This document shows, in pieces, positions 39,283 through 53,097 of a stretch of 64,000 bases of DNA. Position numbers and translations under genes: made by a program. The DNA is from Podarcis erhardii (taxonomy: Eukaryota). The notes under the pieces were generated by a model, which was given only the letters and a program-made list of their open reading frames with translations, made no database searches and was not told the DNA's origin. The DNA is taken from the NCBI GenBank assembly GCA_964252035.1, contig OZ176205.1; one strand, 5' to 3'. Each line of letters opens with the position of its first letter. The first letter of the stretch is position 1.

Positions 39283-42200
39283 TTACACAGGGATGTGGTA
39301 GTCAAAGGGGATTGTGTGTTTGTGTTACAGCAGCAGCAAATGGCCCATACAATGCTGAACATATGGTGATACATTTTAGAGGAATGATCAAGCCACAGAG
39401 TACAAAATGCCAAGCTGGACCCGTCCTGTCTGTTCAAAGATGCTACTGTATACAAGATCCAAGGAAAAGGTTGTCATTTCTCAGCAACAAGTTAGAAGCA
39501 GTACAGAAATCTAATCGCACCGTTCACAGATTGCCACTGGACAGCTGGAGCTCTGTTGACTCTGAAAGAACAGCTGGCACTTGCAATAATAATAATAATA
39601 ATAAATCCAGGCAAGGTAAAATGTACTCAAGGGAGATAACTTGTTAGGATGTGTATAAAAAATTTAATTCTAAAGGTGGCACCCATGCCCATTAAAAGAC
39701 CTCTCTGCAAAAGGTTTTGATTGGAAAGAGCTCATTTGTATGGTGCCCTTGACATAATTTCTAGATTGTATCTAGCTGCATGGATCTAATGTGTCACAAA
39801 CCACAAAAATGTACACACCCATTCCAGATGGGTCACATCTTGTAGATTAGAAGTGGGGAACCACATATATTTGAAACACCACTGAAAAAAGCATGCAAAC
39901 ACCCTCTTCCACCCCCTGCGCTGCCCCTCTTTGTAGCCTTTTGTTGACATTTTTGGGCCACTTCTATGTTTGGCATGATGTGTGTGTGTAGCTGCACACA
40001 TATCAGATGTGCCTAAAATGGTTGCTGCCTGCAGTGACTAGACATAGTGGCTATGTTATGCCTCTACTGTCAAGCAGCATGTTTCTGAATGCCAGAGAAT
40101 TGCAACTGTGAAAGAGTGCTGTTGCACTCAGATCCTGTTTTGGGCAGCCGGATGACCACTGTGAGAACAGAATGCTTGTCTAGGTGGGCTGTTGGCCTCA
40201 TCCAGCAGGCTCTTCTTATGTTCTAATGACTTCTAGATGTTGGAGTCCAACTAGTTAGGGAAGCCCGGCTGGATGAGAGGAACTAGTGCACACCATTCAC
40301 TCACCAACAAAGCTATCCCATTCTTGTCATACATTCCTGTTCCTTTCATTCCAAAATCCATTTTAAGACAACAGTTTATTAGACCAACCTACATATCAGA
40401 AAACTGTGGTGACACTTTCAGGTTCTCTAAAACCTTTCAACAGGCTCAGTCAGGGAAAGCCAAGACAGTGCCTTTCATATGCTGTTGGACCTCAGTCGCA
40501 TCTTCCCTGGCTATTGTGTCATACTGGCTAGGCCTGTTGGGAGTTGTAATTCAACAACAGCTGGAAAGTCACCACACTGAACACTCCTAGGTTAGATGGT
40601 AAAATAGGCAAGCAATGGAAAGGAAAAACCTGGCAGGTAGTGAAGCCATGGATACAGAGTGGACTATGGGAGGAGGCAGCAAACATTCAAGGAAAGCTTT
40701 GTGAGACGCTGATCAGGTTGTACCTAAGTTGCTGGGCAGAAGCAGCTGGCAGGGCAGGGTGGCACTGCAGAAACAGCCTCCCAGTAGCAACATCACTGCC
40801 TCTTACCAGGAGCAATGGAAGATGGGAATGCCAGATTGGCTCTGCTAGTGCAGCCACCAGTGGGATGTGGAAGGATGTAGCAGACATTCAAATGAGTCTC
40901 CCATAGGTCCCATGTATGCTGCACCTAGGCCTGCTGGGTAGCAGCTATTGGCAGAGCAAGGTGGTGCTGAGGGTTGTGGCTCTTAGGGTTGTGGTGCCAC
41001 TTAGCAGGAAGGGTAGGGCAGGACAACAGCCAGGCTGGGCAATGCAGATGCACTAGTGTGTCCATGCCACCCTGAACTCAGTGCCACCCTGTCCTTCTGC
41101 CCCTCCACCCTGGTAAGTGGCATTGATCCCTCTGCTAGGAAGCTGTTGCATGGTGCTGCTCTGCCCTTCCAGCCACTTCTGCTCATGGAAAGAAGGGAAT
41201 GCAATGGCTGAAACCTTATCTTCAGGAATAGAAAATCCAGCTGTTACCCAGGCATGTCTCCAACCTTAGGCAAAAGACACAGGCTCTTTGGTAGGTAGGA
41301 AACAAGACGAAAGAGACGTCAGGCCATTTCTGTGTTAACAGAGCTGGAGGTAAAATTTAGGCAGTGTGCAAGGTTTTTTTAAAAAAAGATTAATGGAAGC
41401 TAAATCAAGTAGTTTGACCTAGCAGCTTCAGGAAATATTCCATTGTTTAAAAATCCTTTTTGAGATGGATGACTAAAACAGGATCCTGTATTACATCTAG
41501 CAGTGTATTTATTTTCCTTATAATGCATCACATCAGTGGTTCATAGATGTCATGCATGTTGACCCAAGACCCTCGGCTCAGGTCAATACGTCATTTCTGG
41601 CAGGTACCAAGAGTGCTCTGAAGCTCATGATTTTGCACTTTGCCCTACTAAATTTTTGCTGTGCAGTTCATGAATCATCCAATACATTATGTATACTTTC
41701 CCAATTCTCAGCTGAATTGACTGTTCTCTCCATCTAATTGCCATTTCATTGACACATTCTTCCTTTTCTCACTAAAGTTGTCAACAAACATACCAAACGA
41801 AACAGCCTTGAGACTGACTTTGGAAACTCAACTGGGAACCCTTTCTTCAGCTCAAAGATTTGCCTTTTATTACCATCAGAGAGTCTTTCATTTGAGCAGT
41901 TACTTTTCTGTCTCACAATACAGATATCATTCAAGGGCTATCTGTTCCCATTTAAGTAGTAATTTCTCTCACAATATGGTATCCAACATTTTGTAAAGGT
42001 GCAAATACGGTGGATTTAACTGTATTTCACTTGCCTCAGAAAGAGATTGCTTAGATGTAACTGCCTTTGAGTAGTCATTTGCATAAAAGGAGCAGCTATC
42101 TTTTTGGAATTTGTGGCCATATCTGGAAATTCAAAAAATCGATGCAGGCACCGCCACAAAATGGCTGCTGTTGGGGCCTGGCTAGTCACAAATGACAAGT

Positions 42201-44074
42201 AACTTGCCCAAGAGACAAAGTGCAAGGCAGAGCTTAGGGCATGAGCCTTTGCACATAAAACCACTCATTTGATCCCACAGTGGTGGGATCTTTAAAAAAC
42301 AGATACATTGGGCTCATCCATACTGCTGTTTAACATGAACAGTAAGCTTTCTGTACCTCCACTGATTCTCTATTGTCCATATGATGTTTTCCTCCAAATT
42401 ACTGCCTTCCCAACTTTTCTCCCTCCCTCAGTTTGGACTTTCTTATACCTGGGATACTGTGAAAGTGAGAGAGTATGAGAAAATCTAGATTGAGGGAAGG
42501 GGAAGTGTGGGCTGGCTGTGTTTTGGAAGACAACATCATATGGACAACAGAGAATTAACAGAAGTACAGGAAGATTACTATCCACATTAAACAACAGGAT
42601 CAGTGAGCTCAATATTACATCCCCTTTGACATTTTCTTCCAATGTTCAAACATTATGTAAGTGAACTAAGCAAACAAAGAATGAGTGATTCAAATCAGTT
42701 CCTTAAATTTCCAAAGACTATTGTTCATATGAGAAAGGAAGGGGGGGATTAGTTAAGGGAGAGGGTGAACAAAGCAGCCCATGGCTCAACTCCAATCCTC
42801 CAACTATTATTTAAGAATTAGAGATGGAGAAATATGTCAGTTTCCCAGTTTCCCAATCTTAAATTAAGTTCTCCAAATTTCCACAGCAATTTGGATTCTT
42901 TTTTAAAAAAAATAATAATAATCACCCTCTTGAAAATTCACCCGCATTTTAGCACTCCTTTCTTCTAATGAACACTTTTTTGTATGCAGTTTTAACTATT
43001 ATACATATTTTTGCACAGAATAATGCACTCACGCACACACACACAATTTAATCCACATTTCCCCCTAAAAGTGCAAACAAAATCAAAACTGTTTCTCATG
43101 CCTAGTCTAAATTGATGACAAGTCTTTTCAGTCAGCTTCATGGTGCAATAATCAGTTGCAATTCCCTCCATAGTTTCACCACTCTTTGCAACACCACACC
43201 ACAAAACCCTCAAATGACAAGACATACCATTTTGGAAAACCATGCCTTTTAGTGACTTCCATACAATTTCATATAATTCCCTGGAGCACCCATTCAGTTA
43301 GAGCCTTTCCCAACATTCATAATTAAACAAATCCAAGGGGTCATTGCTTATTCAAATTACACACTACAACTCATTAACCACGGAGAAAGGAGTATGGGGT
43401 TGGTTACTCTGTAACATGGTGCTTTGCTGTCTATACTTCCACTAAAGCCCATTTTCTTTTGCATACTCAAGCTTTCATTAAAACTGAATTATGACGGTAT
43501 TTAAAAGAGTGAGTCAAATTTATGGTCAGGAATGTTATTACTAAATACTTCCAGGATAGGTAATTGTGTAATTATGACGGGCAGAAATGAAAGTGATGGT
43601 TCATTAGTAGAAAACGTCCATGAAATAATAATAAATAAAGCTAAATGGAAATGGTAGTAATGCAGAGCTTTCATTGGCTCTCAGCCAAGGGCTTCTCTGG
43701 GCTTGCAGATTTCAAACGCTGGCTGATACTTGTAATGGGATATTCTTTAACCCTTGCAAGCTAACGGGGCTGACATGGAGCCCAACAGCTTCCTGAAATA
43801 CTTGTAGGACTCCTTAAACAAACCAGAGACACTTTATGTTAGGGATGGAGAACCTGTGGCCCTCCAGATGTTGCTGGACTCCGAGCCCCCGTCACCATGG
43901 CCAGTGTTGAGGGATGAAAGAAGGTAATGAGGTCAATGCGGTGCACTGTGCCAACCTCTCTGCTGCCTAGCTCCTTTCCCTTCTAGTAAACTGATCAATG
44001 CCGGTGATGGGAGGTTAGGTAAGCACTGGTGTTGTAGACCACAACCAAGCCTATCAATCTAACAGTTTAAAAAT

Positions 44075-44231
44075 ACATAGGAAGCTGCATTACACTGAGT
44101 CAGACAACTGGTCTATCTAGCTCAGTATTGTCAACACTGGTGGGCAGTGGCCTCCAGAATCTCAGACAGGGGCCATTTCCAGCGCTACCTAGAGTTGTCA
44201 GAGATTAAACCTGAGGCCTTCTGTTTGCAAG
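44075..44231 (-). mobile_element. tRNA-derived SINE (Squam2-like)
   Basis: acataggaagctgcattacactgagtcagacaactggtctatctagctcagtattgtc. Confidence 0.7.
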
Positions 44232-47200
44232 TTCTGTTTGCAGAAAAGGCCCCTGTTTGTCCTCAAAATAAATGAGTTCTGGGCCTTCCCCAAATCAGTT
44301 TGTTTACTGTACCAGTTGGATGCTTCCTTGTAAGGCACTCTGTGTATGCTGCTGCTTATCAGCCTTATATAATCTAATAAGCAGCATGTTGGGGTACAAG
44401 GTGCAATACTGCAGGAGGGACTTTCAGTAAACTCTCAAACTTCTGAAGTGTTACACCCCCTCATCAAGAACACAGTCCTAAGGGTTTAAAAGAAGGAGAT
44501 TGCAAATGCCATCAAAGCAATCTTGTCCAAAGTTGTTAATGAAGGAGATTCTGCACCATTGTACAATAGGTACAAAGGAAATACCTTTTATAGACTTGGT
44601 AGCCCTATTCTGTATTAAAGCTAAAGCCAGACAATTGTTCAGCCTCTCATCAGCGGTGATTACGTGCACCTTCCAACCTCTTTTCTTCCTGCACTCTCTG
44701 CTGCCCACTGGCTGATCAGTGAAGAAGATAAATGCATCCAATTTCCCCACCTCATTCCCCTGCAGACTTTGGGGGAAAGCTCTTCAGAGGCTCCTTTGGA
44801 ATATTTGGGGCTATTGTTCAGATGACGGACAAGTTTAGCTGAAAAGTTCTGTTCATTCTCTCAAACTACCTCTATTTTCTGAGTCACTTTGTACTTTTTG
44901 GAAATGTCCTTCCTGCTAGTTAATTTTCCACAGCATTCTTCAGGAAGAATTCTCCTTTTCCACAGCATTCTTCAGGAAGTACATCAATGGGTCATATTAC
45001 CGGTACAACCTGATGCATCAATAGTTTGAGGTTAAAAGAAGTAAGCCCATTTGCCTAGTCCAACATTTATCTAGCCCTTGTGTCTAATGCGCCTTCCCCA
45101 AGTTCATGAGTTTTAGCTAGAGGGCTGTCAGCCAATCTGCTTTTGAGACAATGCAGTCTGTTGCTTTCATTAATTAATTGACTAGAATATAATTTACAAG
45201 CTATTTTTAGCACTTCCATCGCTGTGCATGGCACTTTACAAAGTAGCATAAGCAATAGGCAAGTCCTTGCCTAGAAGAGCTTGCAATCTCAATTTAGTAA
45301 ATTGAGGGAAGATGAAGGCAACTAAAGGAGATGAAGGAAGATCCTAAGGATAACAAGAGATGGATAAAGATATTTCAATGTGAGCCTTTATGGCATCATT
45401 GGATATTGAGAGCTTGGACCCAAGAATCTTAGGCCTTAAGCAAATACCTACTTCACAGGTAAGGATTGCAAAGCCAGAAAATAAGTGCTCAGGGAATGGC
45501 TGCCTATTCTGCATGCTTCACTCACTGGCTGGGATGCTTTTCTTCCTCCTGCTACTCAAACACACAGATGGCTGCATATTCCCAGTTAGGTAGTTATCAT
45601 GGCTCTATGACAGCTACTAAGATCTGCATGCACACTCTTAAAGCAAAGTCTATCTGACACTCTTTAAACATGGTGAAGAGTTCCTACCCTGGATAGAGCT
45701 TCTCTGTCTATCTTGGAAGCTATTTTGCTTTCACTGGGTTCAAATTTCCCTTTCCTGTCCTTGTTATTTTTAAACTACAGCCTCTCTTCTCCATCATACA
45801 GTTAACTGTTATGCAGAAATAATAAAAAAATGCAATCCATGCAAATAGCTAATCAGACAGAGCCTTGAACTCATGGGGTTCTTCCTCTCCAATTACGGTT
45901 TTATGCTAGCATAAAAAACTTAAACCCATGCAAGATGGTGAATCCAGTTTGTCATAATCTCTCCTGCCTTCTACTGCTGTGTAGATCATATTCCACATTG
46001 TTCTGGAAGGCTCCCCACATCCTAAGTAACAGCTGTGGGGAGGTGGGGAGCAAAAATGGGGTGTTCCACCTTACATGAGTGTAAAATAATAATAATAATA
46101 ATAATAATAGAGTAAAAACATACAAACCCTGGATACAACCCATTATGACTCAGTATTGCTGCCAAGCTATTGGTTCTGTCCAGATCTTATCAGCAATGAT
46201 TTTGAGGGGCAGATAAATCCAGGTTTGTAATTAACTAACAATTTATTTTAAGAATTTGCTCATTCTTCAAGCAAAATTGTCATTTAAAAAACTTTTCATA
46301 ATACCCACTTAAAAGGCATTTCATGAGCAATTAAGCTGTACTTTTGACAAGCATTTAAAAATGAACGTTAAGAATGCTTTGAAATTAACAAGATCAAGTG
46401 AATGCTCTAAAGTGCAGTGCGATCTTTTATTAAAGATTAGAGACAAAAAAAAAAAGAGTGGTGCATTTGTTCTGTTTTGCCCTACAAGAAGGTTTAACTA
46501 CTCATGCCATTTCAAGAAACCTAGCAAGCTGCTTTTAAAGTGGTCAATTATTTAAGCATTTAATGAAAGGAGCAGCTTTTAGGAATACTTAGCATGTTAG
46601 AAATTAGGAGCATAGGGCTGTATTCAATTAATTTGCAGTGCTAGCAGGAGCCGGTGCGATAATGCCCACGAGCACAACAGGATACCCTCTCCTCCCAACC
46701 CCAAATCTGCTTTGGAGGGTGGAGCATGTAAAGAAAGGGGCAGCCTAGAAGAGACTGCTTACATCCTTTATTGCACAACTGACTGGCAAGGTAGGGCAGC
46801 TGAGTCTCCACTATCTGATAATCCCTACCACTAAATCCCTGTGAACCCCTACAAACCTTCTCAGGGAAACAGAGGCACTTTGGCTCTAGTGGATCCAATC
46901 TGCCTCTTCTCCATTGCTGGAACACCCTGTTTCTGGGCCTTCATAGGCTACCATTGGTGGATAATCTGGCTGTGGTAGATTGATGGCCACAGAGCTTTCT
47001 GCAAGCATAGTGGGTGCTACTGAATGGATGTGTGTCCCCCACTGAAGCAGAGCAGCTCTCTGCTATTGGGCTCCTCCACCCCACTCTTACCACCTCCAGC
47101 TGGTAGATACGATGGTTAGGGTTACTCTACAATACCCCAGATGCATTTTGGGGGGGTTTTCTGATGCTGTTCATCGTTTCCTAATACCTGCTTCAACTAA

Positions 47201-47280
47201 GATCATAAGAGATCTACAAGGGTGACATTCAACTAAGTTATCTAACTTAGTTATCTAACTAACTAATCTAACTTAGTCTT

Positions 47281-47858
47281 TGTTAGGAGCAAGTCAGCAA
47301 TAAATCACATGAAGTAAGTTAACTCTTTATTAGAATAAACTGGATCTGCTCAGGAGTGCCAGATCTAATGAGAAACTCTTCTTCAATAGGTCTTGCTCCT
47401 CTGAGCCAGTTCTAGAGATTGAAGGTCCTTGCCTTCTCACAGCTACCTAAGTCTCCACCTCTCCCAGGTCTTTCCCAATCAACCTGAGACTCCACCAGCA
47501 TGTCTGCTTTTGCTCCTCCTGTTTCATACCTCTTTTGGTCCTGGGAGACCAGGGGGAATGGGAGCTTGCCATAGCAGGATGGGGAGACACCCTGGCTTCT
47601 TCACCAGCCTGACTCATCTCTGCCTCTTGGCCTTCCTCCTCTCTTGCTTCAGCTTCAGATTCTAGACTTCCCTCTGCCTCCCTCTGTCCCTGCTCATTAA
47701 ACCCTGCTACCTCTTCAGCTTCTGACTCCTCCCCATCCCTGGCTTCTCCCTCTCCTCCCTCTGACCACTCATCATTATCCCACCACCATTCTTCTTTCCT
47801 TAGAGGTTCCCCAGCTGATGCCTTCTAACATTCCTCTGTGTCCGGCCAGTCCATGACA
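47281..47858 (-). mobile_element. Solo LTR (Gypsy-like), 578 bp
   Basis: TGT...ACA termini. 5-bp TSD gtctt / gtcat. Minus-strand AATAAA at 47326-47331 near the 3' end. It interrupts a ...acttagtcatgctc... sequence whose intact form recurs near 51750. Confidence 0.85.
47447..47854 (-). pseudogene. Vestigial acidic ORF inside the LTR (136 codons, one internal stop)
   Basis: MDWPDTEEC*KASAGEPLRKEEWWWDNDEWSEGGEGEARDGEESEAEEVAGFNEQGQREAEGSLESEAEAREEEGQEAEMSQAGEEARVSPHPAMASSHSPWSPRTKRGMKQEEQKQTCWWSLRLIGKDLGEVET*. No frameshift. The ATG is at base 5 of the LTR. Confidence 0.6.
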
Positions 47859-48576
47859 GTCATGCTCATTAATTTCAGTGGGTGGTATCCAACTTATTAA
47901 ATGTATGTGAGGAATGACTCCCACTCACACAGCAGGATTTCTCCCCCCCCCTCCCTGAGTGTACCATCCCAAAATCTGCTCCAGGTTATCGGGGGGAAAC
48001 TCATATTTGATTGAGGGGGCCTGCAGGGAAGGATAGTGGGGGAAAATCCCATTCCTCAGTGGAAGTCATTCTCGCAAACTGCTACTTTGATTGCAACCCT
48101 ACTCTGAGTAAAACCTTGTTTAATGCCACCCTGTTTAGGTGAACATGACCACTAAGAGGTGGATGCCATTCCCGGTCATGTGAGAGAGCACAAAAGATTC
48201 ATAAAACATCCCCCGCTTTTGAGATTGCAGCACTGTGCAGTCACTCTTTAATGCAGATTACATTAGCTTGTCTAGGAAAAGGCGTTTTGATGATGTGGAA
48301 ACTCTTCCAGTCAGCCTACATGCCTCTATAATCTGCAGTTTGACAGCTGCTCAATTTAAATAAGCATCTGGGATTAGACTATTTGATGCCATTCCTCTTT
48401 CAGCGTGCTAATTATTTACTAATACAGCAGCAAGAAGCATTTGATGTTGGAGGTGGTGCCTTAGTAGCTTCTGCTGTCACCATGAATTTAAGTCACCAAG
48501 GATGTAGGTATTCAGGACTCCCCCACGTCAGAATGTGGAATCACAGATCTGATTGCACCTTTATATTAAAAGTTCC

Positions 48577-48603
48577 ATATATATATATATATATATATAT
48601 ATA
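48577..48603. repeat. (TA)n microsatellite
   Basis: About 13 units. Another (TA)n lies at 2310-2331. Confidence 0.95.
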
Positions 48604-49673
48604 TGCTATTTATTTTAAACATCTCTAACCTATGTTTATAGTTAACACTGTAGTCTGAGAGGTAGCTTACAGCATTCATTTAAAACAAAAACATCATTAA
48701 AAAATCAACATTAAAACCTAGCAAAACATAGCCATAAGACTCACATAAAATATAATAACTTCAACCCAGCTGCAGGAACTACAGCGCAACAACAGGTACA
48801 AGTTAATAAAAGCCTGATTTTGTGGTTTACGTTATGATTATTATTAATTTTTTTCTACTGATGTTTTTGCTTCTGTTTTATTACAGTAGGTATGTGGGGT
48901 TATTGTAATGTATTGTTCTTTTATAGTTTATGTTATGCTTATACTCTCTTAAAATGTTGCAAGTCAGTTAGAAATTCCTTATGTTAGTACTTGGCTGATA
49001 CACTGAATAAATAACAACAGATGCCACAAAATGCAGAGATTAAAATAATAGTTTTCACCTGGTATATAAATGGCAAGAGTGGAAACAGATGATAAGTTAA
49101 GGAGAAGGTGTTCCACAATGCGAAATTTGACTTTCCTCTTTAAAAAAATGGTTCCAGGGAACTATTCTAGAAAATTTGCATTTTCACAAATATCACTGAA
49201 AGCATTGTTTTGCCCAGAACATGTCACTTCTAAATGTAGTGTACAGTATAAGCAAGCCAGTAGGAAGCTATTTTAAAATCATATATACCAACTCCTCGAT
49301 GTACGTTTTCCATTTTCAATAGGAGGAAAATGAAAAATCCAATTTAAAGCACCGCATGTGCAAATAGCCTAATTCATTAACTAACAATTCAAAATGCAGT
49401 TTTGAAATGTGACCCTAACTAAAAGCACGCCTCGTGAATGGAGGGGTGTTCACTGAAGATCACAATGTTATAACCACCTTGATGCATTCTGTTAATTCTG
49501 GTGCTGTTTCAGACCTTTCTGTGAAACGGCATCTTACATTTTAGTCACAGCTTGATAATCCACCAGGTGACTTTTTTCAGTGACAATAGGATAATTGCAG
49601 GATGGGATGGGGCAGGGTGAGTTAGGGTAGAGAATAGCCTTGTTCTGGCGGAGAGAGCTGCTTAATGTGTCTT

Positions 49674-49790
49674 ATAGCTCAGTTGGCTAGTGCATGGTTT
49701 TGCTAATGCCAAGGTTGCAGGTTCAGCTGCATATTCCTGCATTGCAAGGGGCTGGACTAGATGATTCTCCAACTCTAGGATTCTATGAAA
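49674..49790 (+). mobile_element. SINE with tRNA-Ile-like head and CR1-derived tail
   Basis: tagctcagttggctagtgcatgg...gccaaggttgcaggttc, then gcaaggggctggactagatg...ccaactctaggattctatga. Confidence 0.65.
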
Positions 49791-49794
49791 TGAG

Positions 49795-50215
49795 GCAAGA
49801 TTGAATGTATTGCCCTCGGCTGTACTTGAGGGACGATTCCAACAGATTCCACATGAAAAACGCTTATATCCCTGTGGAGATGGCAGTACCAAATCGGTGG
49901 TACATGCCCTTCTGGCTTGCACTCTTTATAAAAACTTGAAGAATGAGATTATCACCCCTCTTTTATTGTCCATTCCGGGTCGCCCAACCACCGCCACAGA
50001 TCTTGGCAGATCAAGATGAGCAGGTGACAGCAAAGGCTGCAAGGTTTTTAGCTGGGGCAGAATAAGATCTACTATTTGACTATTGATTCAAAACCCTAAA
50101 ACGTATTTTACATAATTTACTTTTTATTTCTATTCTTTGTATGTTGCATTATTGTTTTATTGCTATGACCGATAGCTGACGCAAATGAAAATTCATTCAT
50201 TCATTCATTCATTCA
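49795..50215 (+). mobile_element. Non-LTR retrotransposon ORF2 C-terminal remnant plus 3' end with (ATTC)n tail
   Basis: RLNVLPSAVLEGRFQQIPHEKRLYPCGDGSTKSVVHALLACTLY, a degenerate CCHC-type end seen in LINE ORF2. Clade assignment uncertain. Confidence 0.55.
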
Positions 50216-50866
50216 GATAGTCAAAAGTGTTGGGGTTTTTTATATAAAAAACACCCTAAGACAAAAATCTCCCAATAATATTTGTTTGTTTGTCTGCTTG
50301 CTTGCTTGCTTGTTTATTTGAAAGAATTTCATCCCACTCTTCCATCAAGAAGGGTTCTAGTTTGGCTGACAGCAATCAAGAACAAGAGACAAAGAGGGAG
50401 AGGATTAAAAGATAGTTAGCATGAATGGGAAGAAGAGGACAATTGCAAAGGCTGAAGATGGTGGTGGGAACTTGGGTATTTCTCAAGTATTTTGAAACAT
50501 TTCCCTATGAAAGTCTGAACATAACTGATGCTTAATATTATCTGTTTCTGGGAAGGGCCCTAAAACATCAGCAGTAAAAAATCTTCTTTATACACAAAGG
50601 GTCCTAGTTTTGACCCCCCCCCCCCACTTCTCCAGGTAAGGCTGGGAATTGTCTCCAACCTGAAACCCTGGAGATCTGCTGGCAGTCAGAGTAGACAATA
50701 CTGAGCTAGATGGAACACTGGTATAAGGCAGCTCTCTCTGTTTCATTCTGTAGTGGATTTGAGCCCCATGTTGGGCAAACATTTCCTGCATTACAGAGGG
50801 TTGGACATGATGACACTCGTGGTCCTTTCCAACTCTACAATTTTATGATTCTATAATTATATAGTA

Positions 50867-51092
50867 CAGTGGTACCTCGGGTTACATACGCTTCAGGTTA
50901 CAGACTCCGCTAACCCAGAAATAGTATCTCGGGTTAAGAACTTTGCTTCAGGATGAGAACAGAAATTGTACTCCGGCGGCACGGCGGCAGCAGGAGGCCC
51001 CATTAACTAAAGTGGTGCTTCAGGTTAAGAACAGTTTCAGGTTAAGAACAGACCTCCGGAATGAATTAAGTACTTAACCCGAGGTACCACTG
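50867..51092 (-). mobile_element. Tc1/mariner MITE, opposite orientation
   Basis: TA TSD and the same TIRs. The internal sequence is the reverse complement of 35937-36162. Confidence 0.92.
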
Positions 51093-53097
51093 TAAATATC
51101 TCCACACTAGTTTATTCCAAGCTGCCCCTCAATTCATGGACCTTTGTGCATTTTCCTCTGTATTCATGTGTGTTGCTTCTTCTTCCGCACTTGAAGGATG
51201 TATTATGTTTAATAATGCTAAGTGTGTGTGCAGTTGCTCCCATATGCAAACTAAATCATTTTTATTCAATGTGATAAGAGGGAAGAGAATACAGTGGAGT
51301 CTTTGCAGGTTCAGTAAGTGGGGTGTATGCAAGATTAAAACTTAACCTCTCTCCTCTTCCCTCAAATGAAAATGAACTGAATGGATAGGCAAAGTGGTGA
51401 ATGGGTGTTGTGTCCATATTCAGGGTTTTCTTCCCTAAGTATAAAAGAAAGAAAAAATCCTGTGACAAGGAAGGTGGTGGTTGTGAGGTCATGTGCTGAT
51501 TGACTGATAATTTAATTTAAAAACAAAGGAAATAGGCTTCAAGACAAGTGGCAAAGATGGCGGTCAATGCACTTGTTCAAACCTAAGCAAGACTTAGGAA
51601 GCTTAGTGCTTCTTTAACAAACTGCTTACTTTCATGCTGATCAGGAATCAATTATGAGAAAGTGCTGACTTCATTGGCTCCTTCCTCTATATTTCATTGA
51701 CAAGATTGCCTAGAAATTAGCTGATACCAGATATACAGTGTGCTATCCAACATTAGTCATGCTCAGAGTAGATCCACTGAAATCAATAGGTCTACTCAGA
51801 GCATGACTTGGCTATACATCATCTACAAGATTCTACATGTGAATTTATAACCATTTCCGGCCATGATTTGGAGTGGATTTCTGATTTTGGTGTAAAGGAC
51901 AACTGATGACCATGGTTTGCTAATATGCACATAATGACAATCTATGGTTAGCACTAAACAACAACCAAATTGAAAGAGAAGATGTACACAAATGCAGATC
52001 ATGAGCTGGAGGATCATCTTACTTGAGCGAGGCAAAACAATCATATAAATAATATTTAATCTTGTGTGCTGAAGGCCAAAAGATCCTACACACTGTTTTT
52101 TCAGTATTCATTTAATTTTATAATGCCCTATATCAATCAATATCTAGGAAGGGTACACTTCTTAAAAGCAATAATTCAACATATGAAAGCTCAATAAAAC
52201 CACTAATAATCAGCAATGAACTATAAGACAGCGAGCAGATCACAAAAACTGAGTGGCAGTCAATGACTCTCAGCTGGCCCAATGCCCTGATCAGGCCTTA
52301 ACCTGGCACTAAATTGAAGCCACACTGGGCAAGAGACAGGCCTCCAAGGGAAGAGAAGGGTTCTTACCTGTGTGTAAACTAGTATAAGCTACACCATCTC
52401 TTTTAGAAAACTCACAATCTGAGTACGCAAACTAGCAGAACAATTTTGCTTAGTCCCAATAAATCTTCCACCTTTGGGGGGGGGCAGAATCTAACTCTGG
52501 TTCCTATCTATTGCCTCTGTGGAATCTCTTCGCAACATATATGTATTTGTTTTCATTTCCCCCTGTCTTGCCTTGATCGTATACTCCCTTTAAAAAGGAG
52601 CAGTAAATTCAAGATTAAAAAGAAAGAAACCTAGCCTCCCATCTGCCAACTATGGTTTTTTCAAAGTACAGTACAATCTATACGAGTCTTAAGAATATCT
52701 TTCCTTTGTAACTTCAGCCCTCCAGAACAAACACATGGGGGTGTAGAGACAAGTGGAAAGCCAGGTTTTTAGAAGGCACAGGGGAGCCGAGGAGGCTCCT
52801 TGTTTCCAAAAGTTGCAGAAAGTGACAAAAGCAATGTCAGAGCCCTGATCATGACAGCCCTCTCTCACATGTTCACTTTATGCAGTTTTGTAAGCCTGAA
52901 CAGGGTTTCTCTGAATCTCTAATCTAAGAGCATATGGTAAAGTTGAAACTATCCACTTCCCTTCAGAAAGCAGCTGGGAAAATGTTTCCCCACAACAGAA
53001 TCTCTCTCTATATATGTTTGGCAAGTGTCATGAGCACAGCCTCTGCAAGTATTTATTTATTATCCTTCAACAAAGGATCACAGGGCAGTTTACAGTA

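Noticed and set aside
40807-40887. Strong minus-strand donor (CTG|gtaaga) with an upstream ATG, as a candidate TAFA3 signal exon
   Set aside because: The ATG frame ends in phase 0, not phase 1. The phase-1 frame has no nearby Met and no hydrophobic core.
51823-52044. Hydrophobic minus-strand ORF MILQLMICICVHLLFQFGCC
   Set aside because: No usable phase-1 donor after the hydrophobic stretch and no resemblance to TAFA N-termini.
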